This document shows, in pieces, positions 9,326-16,147 of a DNA stretch of 26,572 bases. This DNA is from an uncultured Actinomycetota bacterium (GTDB lineage Bacteria; Actinomycetota; Humimicrobiia; Humimicrobiales; Humimicrobiaceae): contig CAZHOY010000001.1 of assembly GCA_964534695.1 (NCBI GenBank), forward strand, positions 1 to 26,572, in the 5' to 3' direction. The translations under genes were made by a program, and so were the position numbers. How positions within the stretch are numbered: the stretch's first letter is position 1; every line of letters begins with the position of its first letter. The notes beneath the pieces were generated by a model, which was not told the DNA's origin, made no database searches, and worked only from the letters and a program-made list of their open reading frames with translations.

Positions 9326-11008
9326 TTGCATAAAGAAATGTTAATAAGTCTGGATAAAAATGAGACAAGGGTAGCTATTTTAGAGTCAAAACGGATTACG
9401 CAGCTTTATTTTGAACGCAAAAATAAAAAATCTCTGGTTGGAAATATCTATATGGGAGAGGTCAAGAATGTTCTTCCCAGCCTGAATGCAGCTTTTGTAG
9501 ATATTGATGAAGATAAGAATGCATTTCTGTATATTAATGAAGTGGGACTTGATATGGATATTGATAATGGGGGAGAGATTCCTAAAAAAATACAATATGT
9601 GCTGAAGACAAATCAAATGGTAATGGTTCAGGTTACCAAAGATCCGATGAAAACAAAGGGTGCCAGGCTCACCACTTTTATATCCATACCGGGAAGATAT
9701 CTCGTTTTGGCTCCCTTTAATACCGGCATTGGTATTTCAAGAAAGCTTAACGATGGGGAAAGGGGGAATTTAAAAAAACTTACGGAAGAGTTAAGTAGTA
9801 AGGATTATGGATTGATTGTAAGAACTGCTGCCAGAGAAATAGATAAGAATAAATTAAAGAAAGATTTTAAGCAACTCATAAAGAAGTGGAGTTATATAAA
9901 GAAAAAAGCTTCCAATTTAAACAAGCCGAGATTAATTTCCAGTGAGCATTCCCTGATTATAAAACTGATGAGAGATGTATTTTCGGAAGAATTTGACAGC
10001 ATATATGTGGATAAAAAAGTAATTAAAAGGGAGATTATAAAATACCTGAAATCTATCGGTGTTAAATTTAGCAATATAGTATTGTATCATGGTAAGGAGG
10101 ATTTATTTGAATCTTTTAATGTCAATGAGGCAATAGAAAGTGCCCTGGAGAGAAGAGTGTGGCTGAAGTCAGGCGGCTTTATAGTGATAGATTATGGAGA
10201 GGCAATGACTTCGATTGATGTCAATACAGGTAAATATACTTCGAGCAAGAGTTCAGCTCAAACTATATTGAGGACCAATCTGGAAGCAGCCGTAACTATT
10301 GCCAGTCAGTTAAGGCTGAGGGATATCGGCGGAATAATAGTAATTGATTTTATTGATATGGACAGTGAAAAGGATAAAAATAAAGTTTTTACCAGATTCC
10401 TGCAGTGTCTTGAGAATGATAGGACCAAAAACGAAATACTGCGGTTTTCAAAATTCGGACTCCTGGAAATGACCAGGAAAAACGTCTCTGACGGAATTCT
10501 TGGGACTATGTGTAAAACCTGCTCCTGCTGTGAGGGTTCTGGTTATGTAAAATCTGAAGAAACTATAACACTTGAGACTGAGAGAAAAATCAGGAAACTT
10601 GCCCGTGGAAGTGATGCTAAAGGTTTCCTTATAAGATTAAATACTGCTATTGCTTCACTTGTAATTGGACCCGGCGGTAAAAATTTAAAACATCTTGAAA
10701 ATATAACCAAAAAATACATAGATATCCAGGGCGATCACAAACTGCCTGTTAATTCTTTTGTGGTTGCTGCCGAAGGCTCTATTTCAGATATAAGGGAAGC
10801 TGCCAGGCCGTTTAAGGCCGGTGACATACTGGATTTATTGGTTGAGGAGCCTTACCTCTATAATAAAAGCGATGCTATTTCCAGAGTTGATGGATTTGTG
10901 GTACAGATAATCGAGGGAAGTAAATATGTGGGCCAGAGATTAAAAGTAGAAATCAAATCCATATCCAGAACCAGTGCCACTGCAGGAATTTGCGGTAAGG
11001 ATAAATAA
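9326..11008 (+). CDS. rng: Rne/Rng family endoribonuclease with KH-like segment and C-terminal TRAM domain
   Basis: S1 domain (VGNIYMGEVKNVLPSLNAAFVDI), QVTKDP..TKGARLTT, catalytic SIDVNTG and LRDIGGIIVIDFIDM, FGLLEMTRK, Zn-link CSCCEGSG; then VIGPGGKNLKHLE and a TRAM-like C-terminus. Confidence 0.93.
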   Translation: MHKEMLISLDKNETRVAILESKRITQLYFERKNKKSLVGNIYMGEVKNVLPSLNAAFVDIDEDKNAFLYINEVGLDMDIDNGGEIPKKIQYVLKTNQMVMVQVTKDPMKTKGARLTTFISIPGRYLVLAPFNTGIGISRKLNDGERGNLKKLTEELSSKDYGLIVRTAAREIDKNKLKKDFKQLIKKWSYIKKKASNLNKPRLISSEHSLIIKLMRDVFSEEFDSIYVDKKVIKREIIKYLKSIGVKFSNIVLYHGKEDLFESFNVNEAIESALERRVWLKSGGFIVIDYGEAMTSIDVNTGKYTSSKSSAQTILRTNLEAAVTIASQLRLRDIGGIIVIDFIDMDSEKDKNKVFTRFLQCLENDRTKNEILRFSKFGLLEMTRKNVSDGILGTMCKTCSCCEGSGYVKSEETITLETERKIRKLARGSDAKGFLIRLNTAIASLVIGPGGKNLKHLENITKKYIDIQGDHKLPVNSFVVAAEGSISDIREAARPFKAGDILDLLVEEPYLYNKSDAISRVDGFVVQIIEGSKYVGQRLKVEIKSISRTSATAGICGKDK

Positions 11009-11028
11009 AAAATGACAGGTTTTAAAAA

Positions 11029-11058
11029 TTGACAGGCTAATATTATGTATGTTAATAT
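11029..11058 (+). promoter_or_regulatory. Putative sigma70-type promoter for rplU-rpmA
   Basis: TTGACA at 11029-11034; TG-T-TAATAT (extended -10) at 11050-11058, 18-bp spacer; lies in the rng-rplU gap. Confidence 0.6.
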
Positions 11059-11097
11059 TGCAATCTGTAATTTGAAGAGAGTGGATAGGGGGAAAAA

Positions 11098-11412
11098 ATT
11101 TACGCGATAGTTACAAGTGGTGGAAAACAATACAGAGTAGAAGAAAAAAAGGATATAGTTGTGGAAAGAATTGAAGGAAAAGAGGGGGATAAGGTCATAC
11201 TTTCTGATGTCAATCTTATAAGTGACGGCAAGAAAATACAGATCGGTAAGCCGGTACTGGCAAAGGTTGAGGTTAAAGCAACTATAAAAAAACAGATAAA
11301 AGGAGATAAGGTGATTGCCTTTAAATATAAGCCTAAAAAAAGGTATAGGAGAAAAGTGGGGCACAGGCAATTACTTACAATATTGCATTTGGATAAAATA
11401 AATGTAAAGTAA
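11098..11412 (+). CDS. rplU: 50S ribosomal protein L21 (apparent ATT start codon)
   Basis: Frame of the 11161 ORF extends upstream as YAIVTSGGKQYRV (canonical L21 N-terminus MYAI..GGKQY); the codon at the Met position is ATT (11098-11100), 5 nt after GGGGG; in-frame TAG at 11086. C-terminal KYKPKKRYRRKVGHRQ. 104 aa. Confidence 0.95.
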   Translation: MYAIVTSGGKQYRVEEKKDIVVERIEGKEGDKVILSDVNLISDGKKIQIGKPVLAKVEVKATIKKQIKGDKVIAFKYKPKKRYRRKVGHRQLLTILHLDKINVK

Positions 11413-11430
11413 ATAAAATAGGAGAGATTT

Positions 11431-11685
11431 ATGTCCAGTAAAAAAGGTGTAGGAAGCAGCAGAAACGGAAGAGACAGCAACCCCAAATTTTTAGGTATAA
11501 AAAGATCCGCAGGCCAGTTTGTAACAGCCGGAAATATTATTGTCAGGCAAAGAGGAACCAGATACAAACCAGGCCTTAATGTAGGCATAGGCCGGGACCA
11601 TACTCTTTTTGCCAAAGCTGATGGCAGAGTTGAATTCATGAAGAGAAGCAATAAAGGCAAGGTAATAAATATTATTTCCGGGTGA
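11431..11685 (+). CDS. rpmA: 50S ribosomal protein L27
   Basis: [42 protein letters not shown]; AGGAGA RBS; no N-terminal extension. Confidence 0.98.
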   Translation: MSSKKGVGSSRNGRDSNPKFLGIKRSAGQFVTAGNIIVRQRGTRYKPGLNVGIGRDHTLFAKADGRVEFMKRSNKGKVINIISG

Positions 11686-11768
11686 TAATTCCAAAGGGTT
11701 TAAATCGGACCGTGTAAATTTCGGATAATGGATAATATATAAATTAAAGCCCTATATTTACAGGCTAC

Positions 11769-13043
11769 CTATTCTTCAAAAATACTCCTGTATTCCTTAT
11801 ATTCCTTTGTAGCTCTGTTTTCCGCACTCTCTCTTGCTTCACTGATTTCATTAAAATTTTCTATCAATCTGGTAACGATATTTGAATCAATTTTGTTGTT
11901 TTTAACCATGGTTTTTAATATTTTAAGGCTTTCTCTCTTGTTCATACCTTTTCTGTAAGGCCTGTCTTCGGTTATTGCCGCAAAAATGTCTGCAACTGCC
12001 ATAATTTTTGCGCCCAGGCTTAATTCACTTCCATTTAGATGAAAGGGATAACCATTTCCATCTAAGGTTTCATGGTGAAATGCTGCCCAGGAATTAATGA
12101 TCTCCAGATTTGTTATATTTTCAAGTATTCTATAAGTATAATAGGTATGGCTTCTGACGATCCTGAATTCATTGGTATTAAGACTGGCTGATTTATCCAG
12201 TATTTCAACCGGTACAGCCAACTTACCAAGATCATGGAGGTAGCCTGCTATTTTCATCATAAACGCTTCATTATCTGAAAAATCCATGGCTTTTGCCAGA
12301 AATTCTGCAGTAGCCGTTACCCCACTGGAGTGAGTGGCTGTAAAAGGGCTCCTGAAGTCAATGATGTGGCTGAACATATTTGCAAACTTGTCTATAATGT
12401 CCATATCAAAATCCAGAGGCAGATAACCCAATTTATCCACAAATGTTGAGATTTCAGGCTGGCTTATGGCATCCAGCCAGAAAAATTCTTTATTTTTTAA
12501 CTTTACTATTTCTTTTGCTATATCCGGTTTGTATTTGACTCTGGAATCTTTTTTTATTATGTGGCAGATATCGCCAACCTGCGTTAAAACATCTTTGCTT
12601 TTATCAATTAAAACATCAATTCTATCTGCGATATGGATTATCTGGGCAGAAAGTTTTACAGTTTCAGGAAGTTCCAGTTCCTCAATGTCTTCCCAAGAGT
12701 GGTGGTGGTATTTAATAATAGACGCTATTTCTGTAAGCGGATCAAAATCTTTCAGCAGTATATATCCTATATACGAATGGTTATTGGTACTATGTTTGGG
12801 CCGATAATCATAACTTAAAATTTCGTGTCTTTCTTTAAGAGAAAATGAGCCGATATCATGGAGAAGGCCGGCTATGATTAAATTGTATTTAAAATTATTA
12901 GAAAGGCCCAGACTATCGGCTATGTTTAAAGAAGTAAACGCAACCCTTTTGTTATGATTGTTTAATTCTTTATCTACCAGGTCCGTAGCTTCTGAAATAC
13001 TTAATACCAGGTCAAGGAAGGGAATTGGTTTTTTTGCTAACAT
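11769..13043 (-). CDS. Tandem HD / HD-GYP domain phosphodiesterase (cyclic dinucleotide PDE candidate)
   Basis: Two HD motifs (LLHDIG at ~12855; YLHDLGK at ~12231); C-terminal domain has HHETLDGNGYP, VADIFAAITEDRPYR; N-terminal domain has HHHSW and IADRID but no GYP loop. AGGA RBS upstream on the - strand. Confidence 0.92.
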   Translation of the reverse strand: MLAKKPIPFLDLVLSISEATDLVDKELNNHNKRVAFTSLNIADSLGLSNNFKYNLIIAGLLHDIGSFSLKERHEILSYDYRPKHSTNNHSYIGYILLKDFDPLTEIASIIKYHHHSWEDIEELELPETVKLSAQIIHIADRIDVLIDKSKDVLTQVGDICHIIKKDSRVKYKPDIAKEIVKLKNKEFFWLDAISQPEISTFVDKLGYLPLDFDMDIIDKFANMFSHIIDFRSPFTATHSSGVTATAEFLAKAMDFSDNEAFMMKIAGYLHDLGKLAVPVEILDKSASLNTNEFRIVRSHTYYTYRILENITNLEIINSWAAFHHETLDGNGYPFHLNGSELSLGAKIMAVADIFAAITEDRPYRKGMNKRESLKILKTMVKNNKIDSNIVTRLIENFNEISEARESAENRATKEYKEYRSIFEE

Positions 13044-13109
13044 ATCCTGACATTTCTAAATAGATTTATTAATTTCTTAGAGTTAAAAATCATCTACAAC
13101 TTAAATTTT

Positions 13110-13139
13110 TTGGTATAGAAATTATCTTATTGGTATAGA
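13110..13139. repeat. 10-bp direct repeat TTGGTATAGA x2 (20-bp period)
   Basis: Exact copies at 13110-13119 and 13130-13139, in the inferred 5' UTR of the HD-GYP gene. Confidence 0.8.
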
Positions 13140-13186
13140 TTTGTATTTTTTTAAATATTATTAAAAACTTAAGTTATTATTAAACA

Positions 13187-13214
13187 ATTATAACAATTAG
13201 AATTATTATTTCAA
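13187..13214 (-). promoter_or_regulatory. Putative promoter for the HD-GYP gene
   Basis: On the - strand: TTGAAA (13214-13209), 16-bp spacer ending in TG-T, TATAAT (13192-13187). AT-rich context raises the chance-match rate. Confidence 0.55.
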
Positions 13215-13302
13215 TTATTCTTGATTTTAATTATTTTAACTTTTTATAAGTTGCCGATGTCATATTCGTAATAATCAATTATGGTATGATGTATACTGAA
13301 TA

Positions 13303-13346
13303 CAAGCCTGAAAGGCGGATCTTATTATTAATGCGGTCAGGGCTTG
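13303..13346. repeat. Imperfect inverted repeat / hairpin upstream of the TA promoter
   Basis: CAAGCCTGA (13303-13311) pairs with TCAGGGCTTG (13337-13346): 9 bp with one bulge; GC-rich island in AT-rich DNA. Confidence 0.6.
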
Positions 13347-13350
13347 AGTG

Positions 13351-13378
13351 TTGACATATAATACATATCATTTATACT
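13351..13378 (+). promoter_or_regulatory. Sigma70-type promoter of the antitoxin-toxin operon with putative operator
   Basis: TTGACA (13351-13356), 16-bp spacer, TATACT (13373-13378); ACATAT occurs twice (13354-13359 and 13363-13368); GGTGAG RBS before ATG 13398. Confidence 0.75.
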
Positions 13379-13397
13379 TATAAATGGTGAGCATACA

Positions 13398-13661
13398 ATG
13401 GGTTCAAAGAGAATAAATATAACTATCCCTGAGGAAAATTTAAAGCAAATCAACGAATTTTGTGCTGAAGAAAAAATTAATAAAAGTAAGTTAATCAGAG
13501 AAGCAGCCACTCAATATATTACCAATATAGAGAAGTTCCGTGATATCGAACGAAAAAAAAAGAATATGGGGAAAGCGATGAACATACAGGCAAAACTTCG
13601 TGAAAAGAGCAAGCTTACCGGCGGCGTGAAGCTGATAAGGAATTTAAGGGATAAGAGATAG
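13398..13661 (+). CDS. Ribbon-helix-helix (CopG-like) antitoxin
   Basis: KRINITIPEENLKQINEFCAEEKINKSKLIREAATQYI is a beta-helix-helix RHH pattern; 87 aa directly upstream of a PIN gene. Confidence 0.88.
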   Translation: MGSKRINITIPEENLKQINEFCAEEKINKSKLIREAATQYITNIEKFRDIERKKKNMGKAMNIQAKLREKSKLTGGVKLIRNLRDKR

Positions 13662-13676
13662 GGATTTGCAGTAAAA

Positions 13677-14096
13677 ATGAAGATTACTTTAGATGCTTCT
13701 GTAGGGATAAAGTGGTTTAGTGGCAAGGATGAAAGTAATATAGACATAGCATTAAACATCCAGCAACAGAAGCTTCAAAATAAAATGGAAATTGTGGTTC
13801 CGGATTTATTTTTTTTTGAAATATTGAATGTACTGCTTAAGAAAAAGTATTTTAGAATTGATGATATTTTCAGGGCTTCGGAAAGCCTTTACCTTATGGA
13901 AATGGAAATAATATATCCTGATAAGAAAATAATTGATAAAGCAATTGATATTTCAGGCAGGTCTGAATTAACATTCTATGATTCTCTATATATAGCAGTA
14001 GCTCTAAACAGGCACACTTCACTTATAACCGAGGATCATGAAATACTCAGATACAGGAGCAAATTTAAGTTCATCAGGAACCTGGATGAATTCTAA
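13677..14096 (+). CDS. vapC: PIN-domain (VapC family) toxin ribonuclease
   Basis: ITLDASVGIKW (Asp), VPDLFFFEILNVL (Glu), LTFYDSLYIAVA (Asp), LITED (Asp): the acidic PIN tetrad; 139 aa. Confidence 0.9.
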   Translation: MKITLDASVGIKWFSGKDESNIDIALNIQQQKLQNKMEIVVPDLFFFEILNVLLKKKYFRIDDIFRASESLYLMEMEIIYPDKKIIDKAIDISGRSELTFYDSLYIAVALNRHTSLITEDHEILRYRSKFKFIRNLDEF

Positions 14097-14124
14097 CGGC
14101 AACATTATTTGATAAGAAAGATAT

Positions 14125-14925
14125 ATGGAGTACCTGACATTTTTCGGGATTGGAGTATTAGGAGGGCTGGTAGCTGGTTTTTTGGGAATAGGCGGCGGTA
14201 TATTGGTTATTCCCATTTTATTATATATTACCAATGTGGAGATAAAGACTGCTACGGCGGTATCAGTAGTTCAAACCCTTTTTGCCGGCTCTTTCGGAAC
14301 ATTGTTTAATTATCTGCAGAAAAATATTAATTTCAGGTTTGCACTGGTTTTTGGCTTATCCAGTGCCTGCAGTTATTTTTTTGGTTCATATTTTACCGGA
14401 TATATACAGGATACTGCCATAAAGGTGGTTTATCTTTGTGCCGTAATGCTGGCCATGGGGTTATTTTTTTTAAGGAGTGATAGTGGCAGTAATATTTATA
14501 GAGATGAAGGGGTTAAATATATTGTTCTGGATAAAAAGGCTTGTTTTAAAATAATCCCTATCTCTCTGGTGTCAGGATTTGCTTTTGGGCTGCTGGGGAT
14601 AGGAGGAGGCTCACTTTATGTTCCTCTTCTGGTAACTTTATTTAACTTCCCTTTAAAAGTTGCCATAGGCACCTCACTTATGATTGTGTTTTGTAATGCA
14701 ATATTCGGAGTTGTGGGGAAGCTGCTTGTAGTCAGGTTTGATTTCTTTATAGGCCTTTCCGTAGCTCTGGGAGCCATTGCAGGATCCAGGATGGGTACAT
14801 ATTTAAATATTAAAATAAAGCCAAAAGTCATTAAAATAATTTTTATAATAATACTGGTTATAACCATAATCAGAGTAATAATGGACTTATTGTATAGCTT
14901 TACCGGGAGACAGTTATTTTTTTAA
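14125..14925 (+). CDS. TauE/SafE family sulfite/anion exporter
   Basis: Two-fold repeat with GFLGIGGGILVIP and GLLGIGGGSLYVP, 'ATAVS' / 'AIGTSL' motifs; ~8 TM segments; 266 aa. Confidence 0.9.
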   Translation: MEYLTFFGIGVLGGLVAGFLGIGGGILVIPILLYITNVEIKTATAVSVVQTLFAGSFGTLFNYLQKNINFRFALVFGLSSACSYFFGSYFTGYIQDTAIKVVYLCAVMLAMGLFFLRSDSGSNIYRDEGVKYIVLDKKACFKIIPISLVSGFAFGLLGIGGGSLYVPLLVTLFNFPLKVAIGTSLMIVFCNAIFGVVGKLLVVRFDFFIGLSVALGAIAGSRMGTYLNIKIKPKVIKIIFIIILVITIIRVIMDLLYSFTGRQLFF

Positions 14926-15027
14926 AATAAAATTTTAATTGGAGACCGAATAGATTTAATTTAACCGGTTTATATTTTAAAATTGGAACACTTTATTAAT
15001 GTTGCCCTGTTAGCGGGTTTTATTTGC

Positions 15028-15055
15028 TTGACTAGGCAAGTTGTTCCTGTAATAT
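15028..15055 (+). promoter_or_regulatory. Possible promoter for the dehydrogenase pair
   Basis: TTGACT (15028-15033), 16-bp spacer, TAATAT (15050-15055) in the 184-bp intergenic gap. Confidence 0.4.
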
Positions 15056-15109
15056 TTAAGTAACATATTCATAAAAAGATATTTAAAGCCATTTAAACGG
15101 TGACGATTT

Positions 15110-16147
15110 ATGAAAGGTAAAATGAAAGCACAACTATTTTATGGCCCCGGTGATGTAAGATATGAAGATGTAGATATACCCCAGGTGGGAGAGGGGGAAG
15201 CACTGGTAAAAATAAAAAGTGCGCTTACCTGCGGTTCGGATGTAAAGACCTACAGGAGAGGTCATCCAACCATGATAAAAAAAGCTTCGGTATTCGGTCA
15301 TGAGTGGTCAGGTGATGTTGTAGAGATAGGAAACACGGTGGATAATTTCAAAATTGGAGACAGGATAGTAGCGGTAAACAGTGTGCCCTGTTATGAGTGC
15401 TACTACTGTAAGCTTGGAAGATATTCCTTATGTGAGAATCTGGTATACAATAATGGTGCCTATGCAGAGTATATAAAAGTACCAAAAAATATATTAAGAA
15501 AAAATGCATACATGATACCGGATAACATAAGCTACAGGGAAGCTGCACTGCTGGAGCCGCTGTCCTGTGTGGTTCATGGTATAGAACAGTCCGATATTAG
15601 GACCGGTGATATGGTAGTAATTAACGGTGCAGGGCCCATAGGGCTTATGTTTGTAATACTGGCCAAGATTAAAGGTGCAGTAGTAATATCGACGGACCTG
15701 TCGGAAGAGAGATTGGGATATGCACAAGAATTTGGTGCTGATTATATTATTAACAGTGCCGAAGTAAATGATCAGGTACAGGCAGTAAAAAAATTAACCG
15801 AAGGAGGTAGAGGTGCAGATGTAGCCATTGATGCTACCGGGCTCCCGGAAGTGTGGGAGTTAACCATACTGATGGGCAGGAAAGGGGCAACCATAAACCT
15901 GTTTGGAGGCTGTGCACCCCATACTTCTATTAATATTGATACCAGCCTTCTGCATTACTCGGAGTTGAATATAAAGGGCGTGTACCACCATACACCTTAT
16001 TATGTAAAGAAAGCGTTTAAACTATTAATGTCGGGCCTGATTAACGCGGCAAAATTTATAACCGCCGATATGTCACTTAAAAGGCTGGTAGAGGCGCTGG
16101 AACTTATGGGTAAACAAAAAGGAATAAAGTACAATATTAAAGTGTGA
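15110..16147 (+). CDS. Zn-dependent medium-chain dehydrogenase (sorbitol/threonine dehydrogenase-like), copy 1
   Basis: Catalytic Zn ligands TCGSD, FGHE, LEP; structural Zn CYECYYC...C; Rossmann GAGPIG; Asp in STDLS suggests NAD preference. Confidence 0.92.
   Translation: MKGKMKAQLFYGPGDVRYEDVDIPQVGEGEALVKIKSALTCGSDVKTYRRGHPTMIKKASVFGHEWSGDVVEIGNTVDNFKIGDRIVAVNSVPCYECYYCKLGRYSLCENLVYNNGAYAEYIKVPKNILRKNAYMIPDNISYREAALLEPLSCVVHGIEQSDIRTGDMVVINGAGPIGLMFVILAKIKGAVVISTDLSEERLGYAQEFGADYIINSAEVNDQVQAVKKLTEGGRGADVAIDATGLPEVWELTILMGRKGATINLFGGCAPHTSINIDTSLLHYSELNIKGVYHHTPYYVKKAFKLLMSGLINAAKFITADMSLKRLVEALELMGKQKGIKYNIKV

Noticed and set aside
11059-11097. L21 leader RNA
   Set aside because: The inferred 5' UTR is only ~35 nt and shows no stem matching the Bacillota L21 leader.
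11161-11412. ORF-track start for L21 (GTG, 83 aa)
   Set aside because: Would remove the conserved YAI..GGKQY strand; the ATT at 11098 fits better.
11100-11660. 186-aa - strand ORF (and the 170-aa ORF at 10858-11370)
   Set aside because: Antisense shadows of rplU/rpmA/rng with no recognisable motif.
11694-11753. Bulged inverted repeat AGGGTTTAA...TTAAAGCCCT between convergent rpmA and HD-GYP; considered as an integron attC or terminator
   Set aside because: The ~40-nt loop and missing U-tract argue against a terminator; no RYYYAAC/GTTRRRY boxes and no integrase for attC.
10006-12441. Two perfect DnaA boxes (TGTGGATAA at 10006; TTATCCACA at 12433)
   Set aside because: Isolated, inside coding sequence, not clustered near the AT-rich tract; compatible with chance, so no oriC call.
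13044-13350. c-di-GMP/cGAMP (GEMM) riboswitch upstream of the HD-GYP gene; TPP-like words CCTGA...TAATGC...AGGG
   Set aside because: No GEMM core (GGCAAA..GAAA..GACGCAAAG) on the - strand; the TPP P2/P3 half (GGGGTG..CTGAGA) is absent. A cmscan would be decisive.
14109-14309. 66-aa + strand ORF overlapping tauE
   Set aside because: Out-of-frame overlap with a well-supported gene; no motif or RBS.
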